This document shows, piece after piece, positions 38,316 to 46,518 of a DNA stretch of 64,000 bases. The notes under the pieces were generated by a model. It ran no database searches. It was not told the DNA's origin and saw only the letters and a list, made by a program, of their open reading frames with translations. The position numbers and the translations under genes are program-made. Every line of letters begins with the position of its first letter. Positions within the stretch are counted from its first letter, which is position 1. Source of the stretch: an uncultured bacterium. GTDB lineage: Bacteria; Verrucomicrobiota; Verrucomicrobiia; Limisphaerales; UBA8199. The stretch covers positions 64,001 to 128,000 of the forward strand of contig CAVVMW010000030.1 in assembly GCA_963749495.1 (NCBI GenBank), in the 5' to 3' direction.

Positions 38316-40925
38316 TCACAGGCTGTTGTGTTCCGTTCGGGTGATGATCTCGTTCTGGAGTTCGGTGGAGAGATCACAGAAATAGTCGCTGTAGCCGGCG
38401 ACGCGGACGATGAGGTCGCGATGTTGCTCGGGTTTGGCCTGGGCCTGCCTCAAGGTGTCTGCGGTCACGACGTTGAACTGGACATGGTGCCCATCCATGC
38501 GGAAGTAACCGCGCACCAGGTGGGCCCACTTGTCGAGTCCGTCCTCACCGGCCACCAGGCCCGGGGTCAATTTCATGTTCAGCAAGGTCCCGCCGGTCTT
38601 GACATGATCCATCTTGGCTGCGCTCTTGAAGACGGCGGTGGGGCCGTGGCGGTCGGCGCCCTGGACGGGGCTGATGCCTTCGGAGACGGGCAAGCCGGCC
38701 TTTCGGCCGTCGGGCATGGCGCCGACCACGCTCCCGAAATAGATGTGGCAGGTGGTCGGCAGCATCTCGACGCGGTAGCGCCCGCCACGGGCGTCGGGCC
38801 GGCCGTCCACCTCCTCGAAACAGGCGTTGAAGACCCGGCGCATGAGGTCGTCGGCGTAGTCATCGTCATTGCCGTACTTGCGGGCGCGGTGGACCAGGCG
38901 CTGGCGCAGAACCTCCTGGCCGGCGAAGTCCCCATCCAGCACCGAGACCAACCGGCCGAGCGAGAGCCGTGCCGGGCGCGCATCCGTTTTCGGCGTCTCG
39001 CCACGATGGGTTGCCGCTGGCCCCTCACCCCGGCCCTCTCCCCATCGGATGGGGAGAGGGTGCAGCGCTGCCTGGCTAACGGCAGGTCCTGCGCGCTCCG
39101 GCTTGTCGATAGACGGCCAACACTCCTCCCTCTCCCCATCCGATGGGGAGAGGGCCGGGGTGAGGGGAAGCCCGGCGTCCAGCGGGCGGCAACTGTCCGA
39201 GTACCGAGGCGAGCTCTCCGACTCGACAAAGCAGAACTCCTTGATGGCCGCCAGGCAATCGGTGATGCTGCCCAGGCCGACCATCTGGATGAAGGTGTTG
39301 TTGTAGCGCGCCCCGCCGGCGTTGTAATCGCGGCCGTTGGCGATGCAGTCATCGATCAAAACGCTCAGGAACGGCGCAGGCATCTGGCCGACGTACATCC
39401 GCTCGATGAGCCGGCTGCCGCGGATCTTGAGGCGGATGAAGTGGCGCAGTTGCGCGCGCCAGGCGGCGAAGATGCCCTCGAAGTCCCGGAACGAATCGGC
39501 CGGCCCGGTCTGCGGGCCCAACTGCTTGCCGGTCCGCGGGTCCAACCCGTCGTGCAGGGCCAGTTCCAGGACTTTGACCAGGTTGAAGTAGCCGGTGAGG
39601 ATATAGGCCTCTTTGCCGAAGGCGCCGACCTCGACGCAGCCGCTGCAACCGCCGGCGCGGGCGTCTTCGAGCGATTTGCCCTGGCGCAGTTGCTCGGCCA
39701 CGACGGTGTCGGCGTTGAAGATCGAGGGGAAGCCGTAACCGCGGCTCACCACGCGCAAGGCGTGTTTGAGCAATGCCCCGGGGCTCTTGCGCGAGAGTTG
39801 GATGTTGCTGCTGGGCTGGAGCAGGTGCATCTCCTCCACGATGTCCAGCAGCAGGTGCGAGAGTGGGTTCGAGCCGTCCGAGCCGTCGCGGAGCAGGCCG
39901 CCCAGGTTGATGTTGGCGAAATCGGTGTAGGTGCCGCTCTCGGCGGCGGTGACGCCGACCTTGGGTGGCGCGGGATGGTTGTTGAACTTGATGAAGAAGC
40001 ACTCGAGCAGCTCGCGGGCGGACTCCAGGGTGAGCGTCCCCTGGGCCAGGCCCCGCTCGAAGAAGGGCAGCAGGTGCTGATCCAGGTGGCCCGGGTTGAA
40101 GGAATCCCACCCGTTCAACTCGGTGATGACGGCCAGGTGGCAGAACCAGTAGTATTGGAGGGCCTCGTGAAAATCGCGCGGCGCATGGAGGGGAACCCGG
40201 TTGCAGACCTCGGCTATCCTGAGCAGTTCGGCGCGCCGCGGCGGGCGCGTCTCCACGCCGGCCAGTTCGGCGGCCAGGGCGGCGTGGCGCTGGGCGAAGA
40301 GGATCAGGGCGTCGCACGAGAGATCGAAGGACTTGAGCGCCTCGCGTTTCTCGTAGGCCCCGGGGTCTTCAAGGAAATCGAGCCGGGCCATGGCTTCGGC
40401 TATCGCCTGTTTGAAATCGAGCATGCCCTTGGAATAGATCTTGTCGTCCAGGACCGTGTGGCCCGGGGCGCGCTGCTCCATGAACTCGGTGAAGACCCCG
40501 GCCTCGTAGGCCTCCTTCCATTCGGGCGGCAGTTCGGCGAACATGCGGTCGCGCATCGAGCGCCCGCGCCAATAAGGGATGATCGTCTGCTCGTAAAGCT
40601 TGAAGGTCTCGGCATCGACCCGGTACGAGGTCTTGGGCCGCGAATCCAGGATGCGGAGGTCCTCCAGGCTATGGCAGGTCAACTCGGGAAACGTGGGCAC
40701 CGCCTTGGGCCGTGGCCCGCGCTCGCCCACGATCAGTTCGTCTTCGCCGACGTGAATGGTCCTGTGCCGGCAGAGGTGCAGGAAGGCCAGCGCCCGCATG
40801 ACCGGGGCGGAGTGGCGTCCCTCGTTGGCCTGGTAGAATTCGGTCATGAGCCTGGCCCGTTCGCCCGATATGGCCGGGACCGCATCGAGGCTCTGGCGCC
40901 GGAGTCTGGCAGTGCGCTCGTTCAT
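38316..40925 (-). CDS. hypD: glycyl radical enzyme, trans-4-hydroxy-L-proline dehydratase (HypD), with an in-frame ~84-aa repeat-derived insertion
   Basis: FTEFMEQRAPGHTV, NGWDSF, PAPPKVG..ESGTYTDFANIN, SGCVE, KEAYILTGY, MLPTTCHIYFG, RVAGYS glycyl loop. Confidence 0.9.
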   Translation of the reverse strand: MNERTARLRRQSLDAVPAISGERARLMTEFYQANEGRHSAPVMRALAFLHLCRHRTIHVGEDELIVGERGPRPKAVPTFPELTCHSLEDLRILDSRPKTSYRVDAETFKLYEQTIIPYWRGRSMRDRMFAELPPEWKEAYEAGVFTEFMEQRAPGHTVLDDKIYSKGMLDFKQAIAEAMARLDFLEDPGAYEKREALKSFDLSCDALILFAQRHAALAAELAGVETRPPRRAELLRIAEVCNRVPLHAPRDFHEALQYYWFCHLAVITELNGWDSFNPGHLDQHLLPFFERGLAQGTLTLESARELLECFFIKFNNHPAPPKVGVTAAESGTYTDFANINLGGLLRDGSDGSNPLSHLLLDIVEEMHLLQPSSNIQLSRKSPGALLKHALRVVSRGYGFPSIFNADTVVAEQLRQGKSLEDARAGGCSGCVEVGAFGKEAYILTGYFNLVKVLELALHDGLDPRTGKQLGPQTGPADSFRDFEGIFAAWRAQLRHFIRLKIRGSRLIERMYVGQMPAPFLSVLIDDCIANGRDYNAGGARYNNTFIQMVGLGSITDCLAAIKEFCFVESESSPRYSDSCRPLDAGLPLTPALSPSDGEREECWPSIDKPERAGPAVSQAALHPLPIRWGEGRGEGPAATHRGETPKTDARPARLSLGRLVSVLDGDFAGQEVLRQRLVHRARKYGNDDDYADDLMRRVFNACFEEVDGRPDARGGRYRVEMLPTTCHIYFGSVVGAMPDGRKAGLPVSEGISPVQGADRHGPTAVFKSAAKMDHVKTGGTLLNMKLTPGLVAGEDGLDKWAHLVRGYFRMDGHHVQFNVVTADTLRQAQAKPEQHRDLIVRVAGYSDYFCDLSTELQNEIITRTEHNSL
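39021..39167. repeat. perfect 40-bp inverted pair of CCCTCACCCC..CCCTCTCCC..GGGAGAGGG palindromes inside hypD
   Basis: 39021-39060 is the exact reverse complement of 39128-39167. Confidence 0.92.
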
Positions 40926-41123
40926 CAGTTCAGTGAGTTCAGTCCATCTTGCGCGTACTGGCCAGTGTAATACAACCGGGCGCGGCGCGGCTACACCAAA
41001 AACGAAGACAAAATCATGAACGAAAACCCCCGGGAAAGGCAAAATCATTGCTGGCAGAATCATGGGCGGAATCAGCGGGGCGGGACTCCGTTCCGCACAG
41101 AGGCAGTGCCGGCATGCGACCCA

Positions 41124-41220
41124 GGGCCGAAGGCCCGTCATGCGATAGCCCGGGCTGGAGCGAAGCGGAGGCCCGGGTACGCCAGCACCCCGTGAGAATA
41201 GCCCGGCCTGTAAGGCCGGG
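41124..41220. repeat. REP-like three-hairpin element
   Basis: GGGCCGAAGGCCC / ATAGCCCGGGC..GCCCGGG / CCCGGCCTGTAAGGCCGGG. Confidence 0.7.
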
Positions 41221-41358
41221 ACATTATGGCTCGTCATTGCCCACATCTTTTCACCGATCCTATCAGTTGCTCTTCTGGGCGGGCGGGAGAAATGCCTGAG
41301 GAGCAGCCCAGTTTAGCCTCCAAAGGCGCCCTTCATACCAGCCGGCGGCAACGCCCGG

Positions 41359-41580
41359 CCAACCCGGAGGGTTGGCAGAAGGTAGCCGGGGGTCGCCATC
41401 CGGCGGCGACCCCCGGTTGAGGGCGTTGGTGGCGTTGCACCCCGGCGGGGTGCCAGAAGAACACACGTGCGCGGTGGGCGCCTTCTGGCATCCCTCCGGG
41501 ATGCAATCCCTTGCCGTCGGGGCGCCGGGGGTCTCGCTACGCTTCGACCCCCGGCTACCTTCTGCCATCCCTCCGGGATG
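41359..41580. repeat. REP doublet (CCCGGAGGG / GGTAGCCGGGGGTC family)
   Basis: TGGCAGAAGGTAGCCGGGGGTCG ... CGACCCCCGGCTACCTTCTGCCA mirror arms. Confidence 0.8.
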
Positions 41581-41644
41581 AGAAATGTGCTTTCAGCCCG
41601 AGGTTGGGATGCGGCCGGCCTGCCCTCTTGGGAGCCAAAGTTGG

Positions 41645-42340
41645 TCACGGCAGCCACTGGATCTTCCATTGGCCGTCGATGGATTCCAGGCGGAAGTGCT
41701 CGGGGGCCAGGCCAGGCGCTACCACGACCCGGAGCTCAACATGGCCCTCGGACGATTCCTCCTTGCCAACCACAGCCATTCCCAGAACGGCCTCCATCTC
41801 CTGGAAGTACTCCTCGATGCTCTGAGAGGAGTCCGTGAGCCGTGTCTGGAACCACTCGGCTGCTTTGGGGGTGAGGGCCTCCAGGAGACGGGCGCTGTCT
41901 TTATGGTGCAGCGCCCAGAGGAAGGACTGCATCGTGTCCTCAGGCGTGTTGTACCCGGCCAGTTGCGCGTTGGCCCTTCGCACGTAGCCGGGAGGCAGCG
42001 CCCGGCCCGGGACGTTGTTCGTGCCCGCCCCGGCGAGCTCGAGGCGAAGCCGCTCATTTTCCGCGCGGGCCTGCTCCAGCTCCTGCTTCAGGGCCGTCAA
42101 ACGCCTGACCTCGTTCCGCAGGCGCAACAATTCGGGCGAGACCGACGCCGTGTCAGTCCGGCCGCTCGCAACACTTTGGCCTGCTGCCGGCGTCCCTGAG
42201 GCCTCCGGCCCGGCGTACTGCTGCGCCAGCCGCCCCACCTCCGCGCGCAACTCGCCGAGGCGACACCTCTGAACTATCGCTGCTGAGACCGCCGCCAGGC
42301 AAACCACGCCCAGGACGCCAATGAGAAATACCCGGCTCAT
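41645..42340 (-). CDS. membrane-anchored protein homologous to the C-terminal extension of the ECF at 22907..24337
   Basis: TM, ELLRLRNEVRRL, AQLAGYNTPEDTMQSFLWA, VVGKEE..HVELRV..IDGQWKI. Confidence 0.75.
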   Translation of the reverse strand: MSRVFLIGVLGVVCLAAVSAAIVQRCRLGELRAEVGRLAQQYAGPEASGTPAAGQSVASGRTDTASVSPELLRLRNEVRRLTALKQELEQARAENERLRLELAGAGTNNVPGRALPPGYVRRANAQLAGYNTPEDTMQSFLWALHHKDSARLLEALTPKAAEWFQTRLTDSSQSIEEYFQEMEAVLGMAVVGKEESSEGHVELRVVVAPGLAPEHFRLESIDGQWKIQWLP

Positions 42341-42359
42341 CTTTCGACTTGGCGATTGG

Positions 42360-43311
42360 TTATTGGCTCGGCGCGGGCGGCGCCTTTCCTTGGGCGGGGG
42401 CGTTGGCGGACGAGCTCTTGCGCTTGAAGTAAACCTTGCCATCCTTCGCCGCCAGCAATTCCGGATGCTCTTTGGCGACGCCGACCACAACGCTGCTATC
42501 GGCCATAGTTATGCTGCCGTGAATCGGGCAGCGGAACACAACGCGGTCTGGTTCCTCCATGCATTTGCCGGACCCGCCCAGGTATTCATAAGAGCAATTG
42601 GCGGAGCTGTACGATGACCAACCGGCCGCCGCCTGGCGTCCCGTATCCGAGGGGCAGATCAGCGTGATTGGGGCGGAAATCTCGTTGCTCATGCTCAGGA
42701 CGTTCTGGCGGCAGAAGGTCTTCGGAATCCTGCGCCCACACCCTCACCGAGATGCCGAGTTGCCTCAGGTTATTGGCACACCGCTGCCTTGCGTCCCTAT
42801 CCCGGGCCGCGGCCAGAGCGGCGTCATCCTCGGAAGTGAGCGTGGACGCGCCGGCGAGTTGGCCGCGGAGCTTTTCGTTTTCGGCTCGCAACGGCTGTAG
42901 CCGCGCCACTTCGTCTGTCAGCCGGCGCACTAGTTCCTGCAGCCGGGCGATCTCTGCGGCCTCGGAAGCGCCGCCCGTGGCAGGGGACGGCGCCGACCCT
43001 TGGGCCGCGGCGGGGGCCAGCCCGGCAGCGGTTTGCGAAAGGCTCTGGACCGTCTGTTTGAGGTCGCGGATCTCCATCTGCTCGACGATGACCACCACGG
43101 CGCAGGCCATGGAAACCGCCGCCGGGGCCAATGCCGGCCACCAGCGCCCCAGCCACGAGCCGGAACTCGAGGCCGACGCCCAGAGCGGAGCCTTGGAGCG
43201 GACGGCACCGAGTTGAATCTGGGCCACCAATCGGTCTCTGAGACCGGCGGGCGGCTTTGGCGCCGGAGCCCGGCGCAACAGACCTTCAATTTCCTGTTCG
43301 GACGCATTCAT
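42360..43311 (-). CDS. putative anti-sigma factor with a pilin-associated (DUF1559-like) C-terminal domain; frameshift near 42708
   Basis: EIEGLLRRAPAPKPPAGLRDRL, TM, coiled coil, CANNLRQLG..LP / NVLSMSNEISAPITLICPSD..SYEYL..HG..ADSSV. Confidence 0.7.
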
Positions 43312-43345
43312 AGATTTCAGTACACTTGGGCATTCATCTGGCTCC

Positions 43346-43903
43346 TCAACACGTTCGGACGGCTTCTGCGGCCTGCAGCCGCTTGTGCAGGTGGTCCAGG
43401 GCCTGCCGCAGGCGGTATTTCACGGTGCTGACGGCCACCCCCATCGCCCCGGCTGTTTCTTCCAACGTCAGGCCCTGGTAGTAGTGAAGGTGGACGCTCG
43501 CGCGCAGGTCCGGTGCGAGCCGCTCGACCGAGTCATAGAGCGTGGCGGCCAGGTCGGCACGGGCGGCCATTTCATCGGGCGAGGCCCCGGCAGCCGGGCG
43601 CGCCGACCACCAGTCATTGGAGCGCGACTCGGTCCGGCGGTCCGCCCGCCGCCAGTCCACGTACACATGGTATGCAATGCCATGAATCCAGGAGGCGACC
43701 GAAGACCTCCCGGCAAAGGACGGCAGCGCCTGCCAGACCCGGGTGAACGTGCGCTGGGTCAGGTCTGCGGCGTCGGCCTCGTTCGTCGCCAGGCGCCGCA
43801 GAAAGGCATACACACGCTCGTAGAAATGTTCGATCAGCCCCACCGCCGCCCTCTCGTCCCCCGCGCGGGCAGCCTCGACCAGTTGATTGACGCTGTTGTC
43901 CAT
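43346..43903 (-). CDS. ECF sigma-70 factor (stand-alone)
   Basis: ARAGDERA..VYAFLRRL..DAADLTQRTF..FAGRSSVASWIHGIA..LHYYQGLTLEETA..STVKYRL. Confidence 0.93.
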   Translation of the reverse strand: MDNSVNQLVEAARAGDERAAVGLIEHFYERVYAFLRRLATNEADAADLTQRTFTRVWQALPSFAGRSSVASWIHGIAYHVYVDWRRADRRTESRSNDWWSARPAAGASPDEMAARADLAATLYDSVERLAPDLRASVHLHYYQGLTLEETAGAMGVAVSTVKYRLRQALDHLHKRLQAAEAVRTC

Positions 43904-44088
43904 CGATTGCCACCTGTTTAGTCGGATCAGGCGGGGAAAGTGGACAAGAAAATCATCGGGTCGCGCTCCAGAGTGTAGGACAAAAATCTTCACAAGATGG
44001 ATTGTGCTGGGCTTTCGTCACAAAAAGTGTCCAGGAGTCCAGATACGAACTGGCACGGACCCGATGGATGCCGCCGCATCAGGCCGCT

Positions 44089-44179
44089 TCTTTGTTTCCT
44101 TCGTTTCCTTCTGTTCTGTTCCTGTGCCCAGCCGGCGGGACGCAGGAAAACAACAGAAGGAAACAAAGGAAACGAAGGA
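44089..44179. repeat. inverted arrays of 9-mers (TTTCCTTYG / GAAACRAAG)
   Basis: CTTTGTTTCCTTCGTTTCCTTCTGTT ... AACAGAAGGAAACAAAGGAAACGAAG. Confidence 0.8.
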
Positions 44180-44329
44180 TCGAAGGCCCGGATCATCTCT
44201 GAGGTGTGCGATCCGGAGGTCCAAGAAGAACTCTGTGTCACACCCGACAAGCACGAAGGGCGCATCGCGCTCCGATGCGCCCTTCTCAGTTCCGGCGCGA
44301 TCCGCGCCGCATCTCCGCCGCCGGGTCAA

Positions 44330-44521
44330 TCAACGCTGGACTGTCTGCCATCCCGGCTCGGAGAACGTGGCGCGGTCGAGCGCGGCCGACAGGTCGTTGG
44401 TCATGAGCCTGCCGGCCAGACCGATGGCGAGGAGCGCCAGGCACGCCATGGCGAAGAAGATCGTGCGTGCCTTGAGGGGTTTCACATTGCGGAACGTGAT
44501 TTTCATAATGTTCGATTTCAA
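44330..44521 (-). CDS. small hypothetical membrane/secreted peptide
   Basis: Basic N-terminus plus one hydrophobic helix (IFFAMACLALLAIGLAG). Confidence 0.4.
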   Translation of the reverse strand: MKSNIMKITFRNVKPLKARTIFFAMACLALLAIGLAGRLMTNDLSAALDRATFSEPGWQTVQR

Positions 44522-44746
44522 TTTCGATTGTTCGGTTTTGTGTTCTGGCCGCCCCTTGGTCCATCGAGCCCGGCGCGGCCATTCTCAGAACACCGCAGCA
44601 TGCGAAAAAGTTTCAGCAGGGTCACTGGTGGCGTATCTCATCATTGTCGAGGCCGGCCGAACCGAGCGATGGGAGCGCGCGTCCGAACTCGCGAAGCGTT
44701 TTGGACTGCGGCAGTCCTCTGCCGCTTTTCAGACCCTGGGGACACG

Positions 44747-44841
44747 AAAGCGCCAGAGGACTGGCGCAGTCCAAAACCTTGCGGGCTTCCCGACGCCGCG
44801 CTGCAATTGCCTGGCTTGCCGAGGGCCGACAAAGGTGAGAT
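44747..44841 (+). repeat. 95-bp inverted repeat arm (REP arm plus extension) downstream of the kinase gene
   Basis: Reverse complement of 46383..46477 with 4 mismatches; its 5' part pairs with a REP arm at ~44695-44730. Confidence 0.9.
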
Positions 44842-44848
44842 ACACCCG

Positions 44849-46312
44849 TCACCGGTTGTGCGGGATCTTGATGGTGCTGCCGCCGATGAACTCGCGGAGC
44901 AGGGCGTCGCCGGGGATGATGCCACATCGCTCGACCTGTTCGCGGGTGAGCCCTTCGATGGATTGGAGCAACCGCTGAACGCGCTCGTAGCGGATGCGGG
45001 CGTCGAGGAAGCCGCGATAGGGCTCGAACTCCTCGGGGCGCGGCAGGCAGCCTCCCGGTCCGCAAAGCAGCGGTTTGAGGGCGGGCAGGTCGAAGGGGAA
45101 CCCGCCGTTGATGACGTGATCGGCCAGGCCGCTCAGGGGGATGATGCTGAAGAGTTCGCCCGCGCGCACGTAATGCCAATGGAGGAGGGTGAGCAAGGGG
45201 CTGTGGTTGCGATGCCGGGCGTCGCGCAGCATGCGCCTGAGCAGCCGCACGTCCATGAACCGGGTCAGGCGCTCGCCGCTGCCGTCGCCCTCGTAAAGGA
45301 CGTTCTGGGTCTCGATATAGAGCCGGAACTGGGCGGAAGCCTCGATGCCCTCGGTGATGGGCGGGTAAAGCCCGTGCAGGCAGTCCAGCAACAGGACCTG
45401 GCCGGGCTTGAGCTGAATGGGTTTGGTGGCCACCCGGCGGCCCTCGTGGAAGCTATAGACCGGCTTGTCGACGCCCTCCCCGGCCAGCAGGGCCTTGAGG
45501 TGCGCGTTGAGCAGTTGGATGTCCATGGCCTCGGGCGTCTCGTAGTTGCGGTCGTTGATCCAATCGGTGGGATGCTCGACCAGCGACCAGAAGTAGTCGT
45601 CCAGGTTGAGCATGAGGAAGCGCAGGCCGTGGCGCCGGAGCCGCTGGGTGAGTTTGACGGTGGTGGTGGTCTTGCCGGAGGAGCTGGGGCCGGACACCCA
45701 AAGCACGCGCAGAGGGTCGCCCTGGCCCAGCCGGGCCATGACCTTGTCGGCGGCCTGGTCCAGCGACTGCTCGTAGGCCGCCAGCGATTGATCCACCAGC
45801 GCCTTGATCTTCCCGCGGCGCACGATTTCGTTGAGGCCGGCCACGGTGTCGCACCCGAGTTGACGGTTTCGCTCCAGGACCTTTGCCATCTGCGCGCGCG
45901 GCAGGCCGTTGCCCACGAACTGGTCCGGCGTGATCGCCCCTTCGCGCAGCCAGTGGCGACCCCACCGATAGCACGCATAAGCGTCCGCCGTGTTCTGGAA
46001 ACCATAGCTGCGCAGCACGTGCAGCACGTCGTCTTGAATCATCTCGATCCTCGGCGGGAAATTGGCCGTCAGATGGTGCGCGTCCGAATTGAGGCAGACC
46101 ACCACGGTGTCCGCCAGAAACCGGGCAATCTCCTCGTCTGCCCCGCCGCAGGTCTCGAAGACGCGCTCGTTGATGCCGGGCAACAGGTCGTGGTGAAAGC
46201 CGCCCAGCGATTGTGCCGCGCGCAGGATCGCCCGGTGGATGCGGCTCTCATCGAACCGCGCCAGCGCACGGTTGCGCTTTTGCACTTTGACGATGCGGTT
46301 CTGGACTGCCAT
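44849..46312 (-). CDS. ATP-cone domain plus uridine/nucleoside kinase-like P-loop protein
   Basis: VQKRNRALARFDESRIHRAI..IEMIQDDV (ATP cone); SGPSSSGKTTT, LNLDDYF, NYETPEAMD, VRLLRRMLRD. Confidence 0.8.
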   Translation of the reverse strand: MAVQNRIVKVQKRNRALARFDESRIHRAILRAAQSLGGFHHDLLPGINERVFETCGGADEEIARFLADTVVVCLNSDAHHLTANFPPRIEMIQDDVLHVLRSYGFQNTADAYACYRWGRHWLREGAITPDQFVGNGLPRAQMAKVLERNRQLGCDTVAGLNEIVRRGKIKALVDQSLAAYEQSLDQAADKVMARLGQGDPLRVLWVSGPSSSGKTTTTVKLTQRLRRHGLRFLMLNLDDYFWSLVEHPTDWINDRNYETPEAMDIQLLNAHLKALLAGEGVDKPVYSFHEGRRVATKPIQLKPGQVLLLDCLHGLYPPITEGIEASAQFRLYIETQNVLYEGDGSGERLTRFMDVRLLRRMLRDARHRNHSPLLTLLHWHYVRAGELFSIIPLSGLADHVINGGFPFDLPALKPLLCGPGGCLPRPEEFEPYRGFLDARIRYERVQRLLQSIEGLTREQVERCGIIPGDALLREFIGGSTIKIPHNR

Positions 46313-46382
46313 GGCGGGCCATTATACACCCGGGCCCAAAAATCCGAAATTGGAAATTTGATTTCCTGTTGGGCGCGGGCGC

Positions 46383-46477
46383 ATCTCACCTTGGTCGGCC
46401 CTCGGCAAGCCAGGCAATTGGAGCGTGGCGTCGGGAAGCCCGCAAGGTTTTGGACTGCGGCAGTCCTCTGGCGCTTT
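46383..46477 (-). repeat. 95-bp inverted repeat arm upstream of the kinase gene
   Basis: Partner of 44747..44841. Confidence 0.9.
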
Positions 46478-46518
46478 TCTGGGAGGTGTAAACCCGTCCG
46501 GTTACTTGTCAACCGAGG

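Noticed and set aside
38970..39221. Intein or self-splicing intron in hypD
   Set aside because: No Cys/Ser start with His-Asn end, too short, and no group I/II intron hallmarks; explained by a palindromic repeat.
38127..40970. 947-aa plus-strand ORF opposite hypD (also 51463..54282, 43997..46522, 31316..32698 and similar)
   Set aside because: Antisense shadows of high-GC genes; no recognisable motifs, while the opposite strand has clear family signatures.
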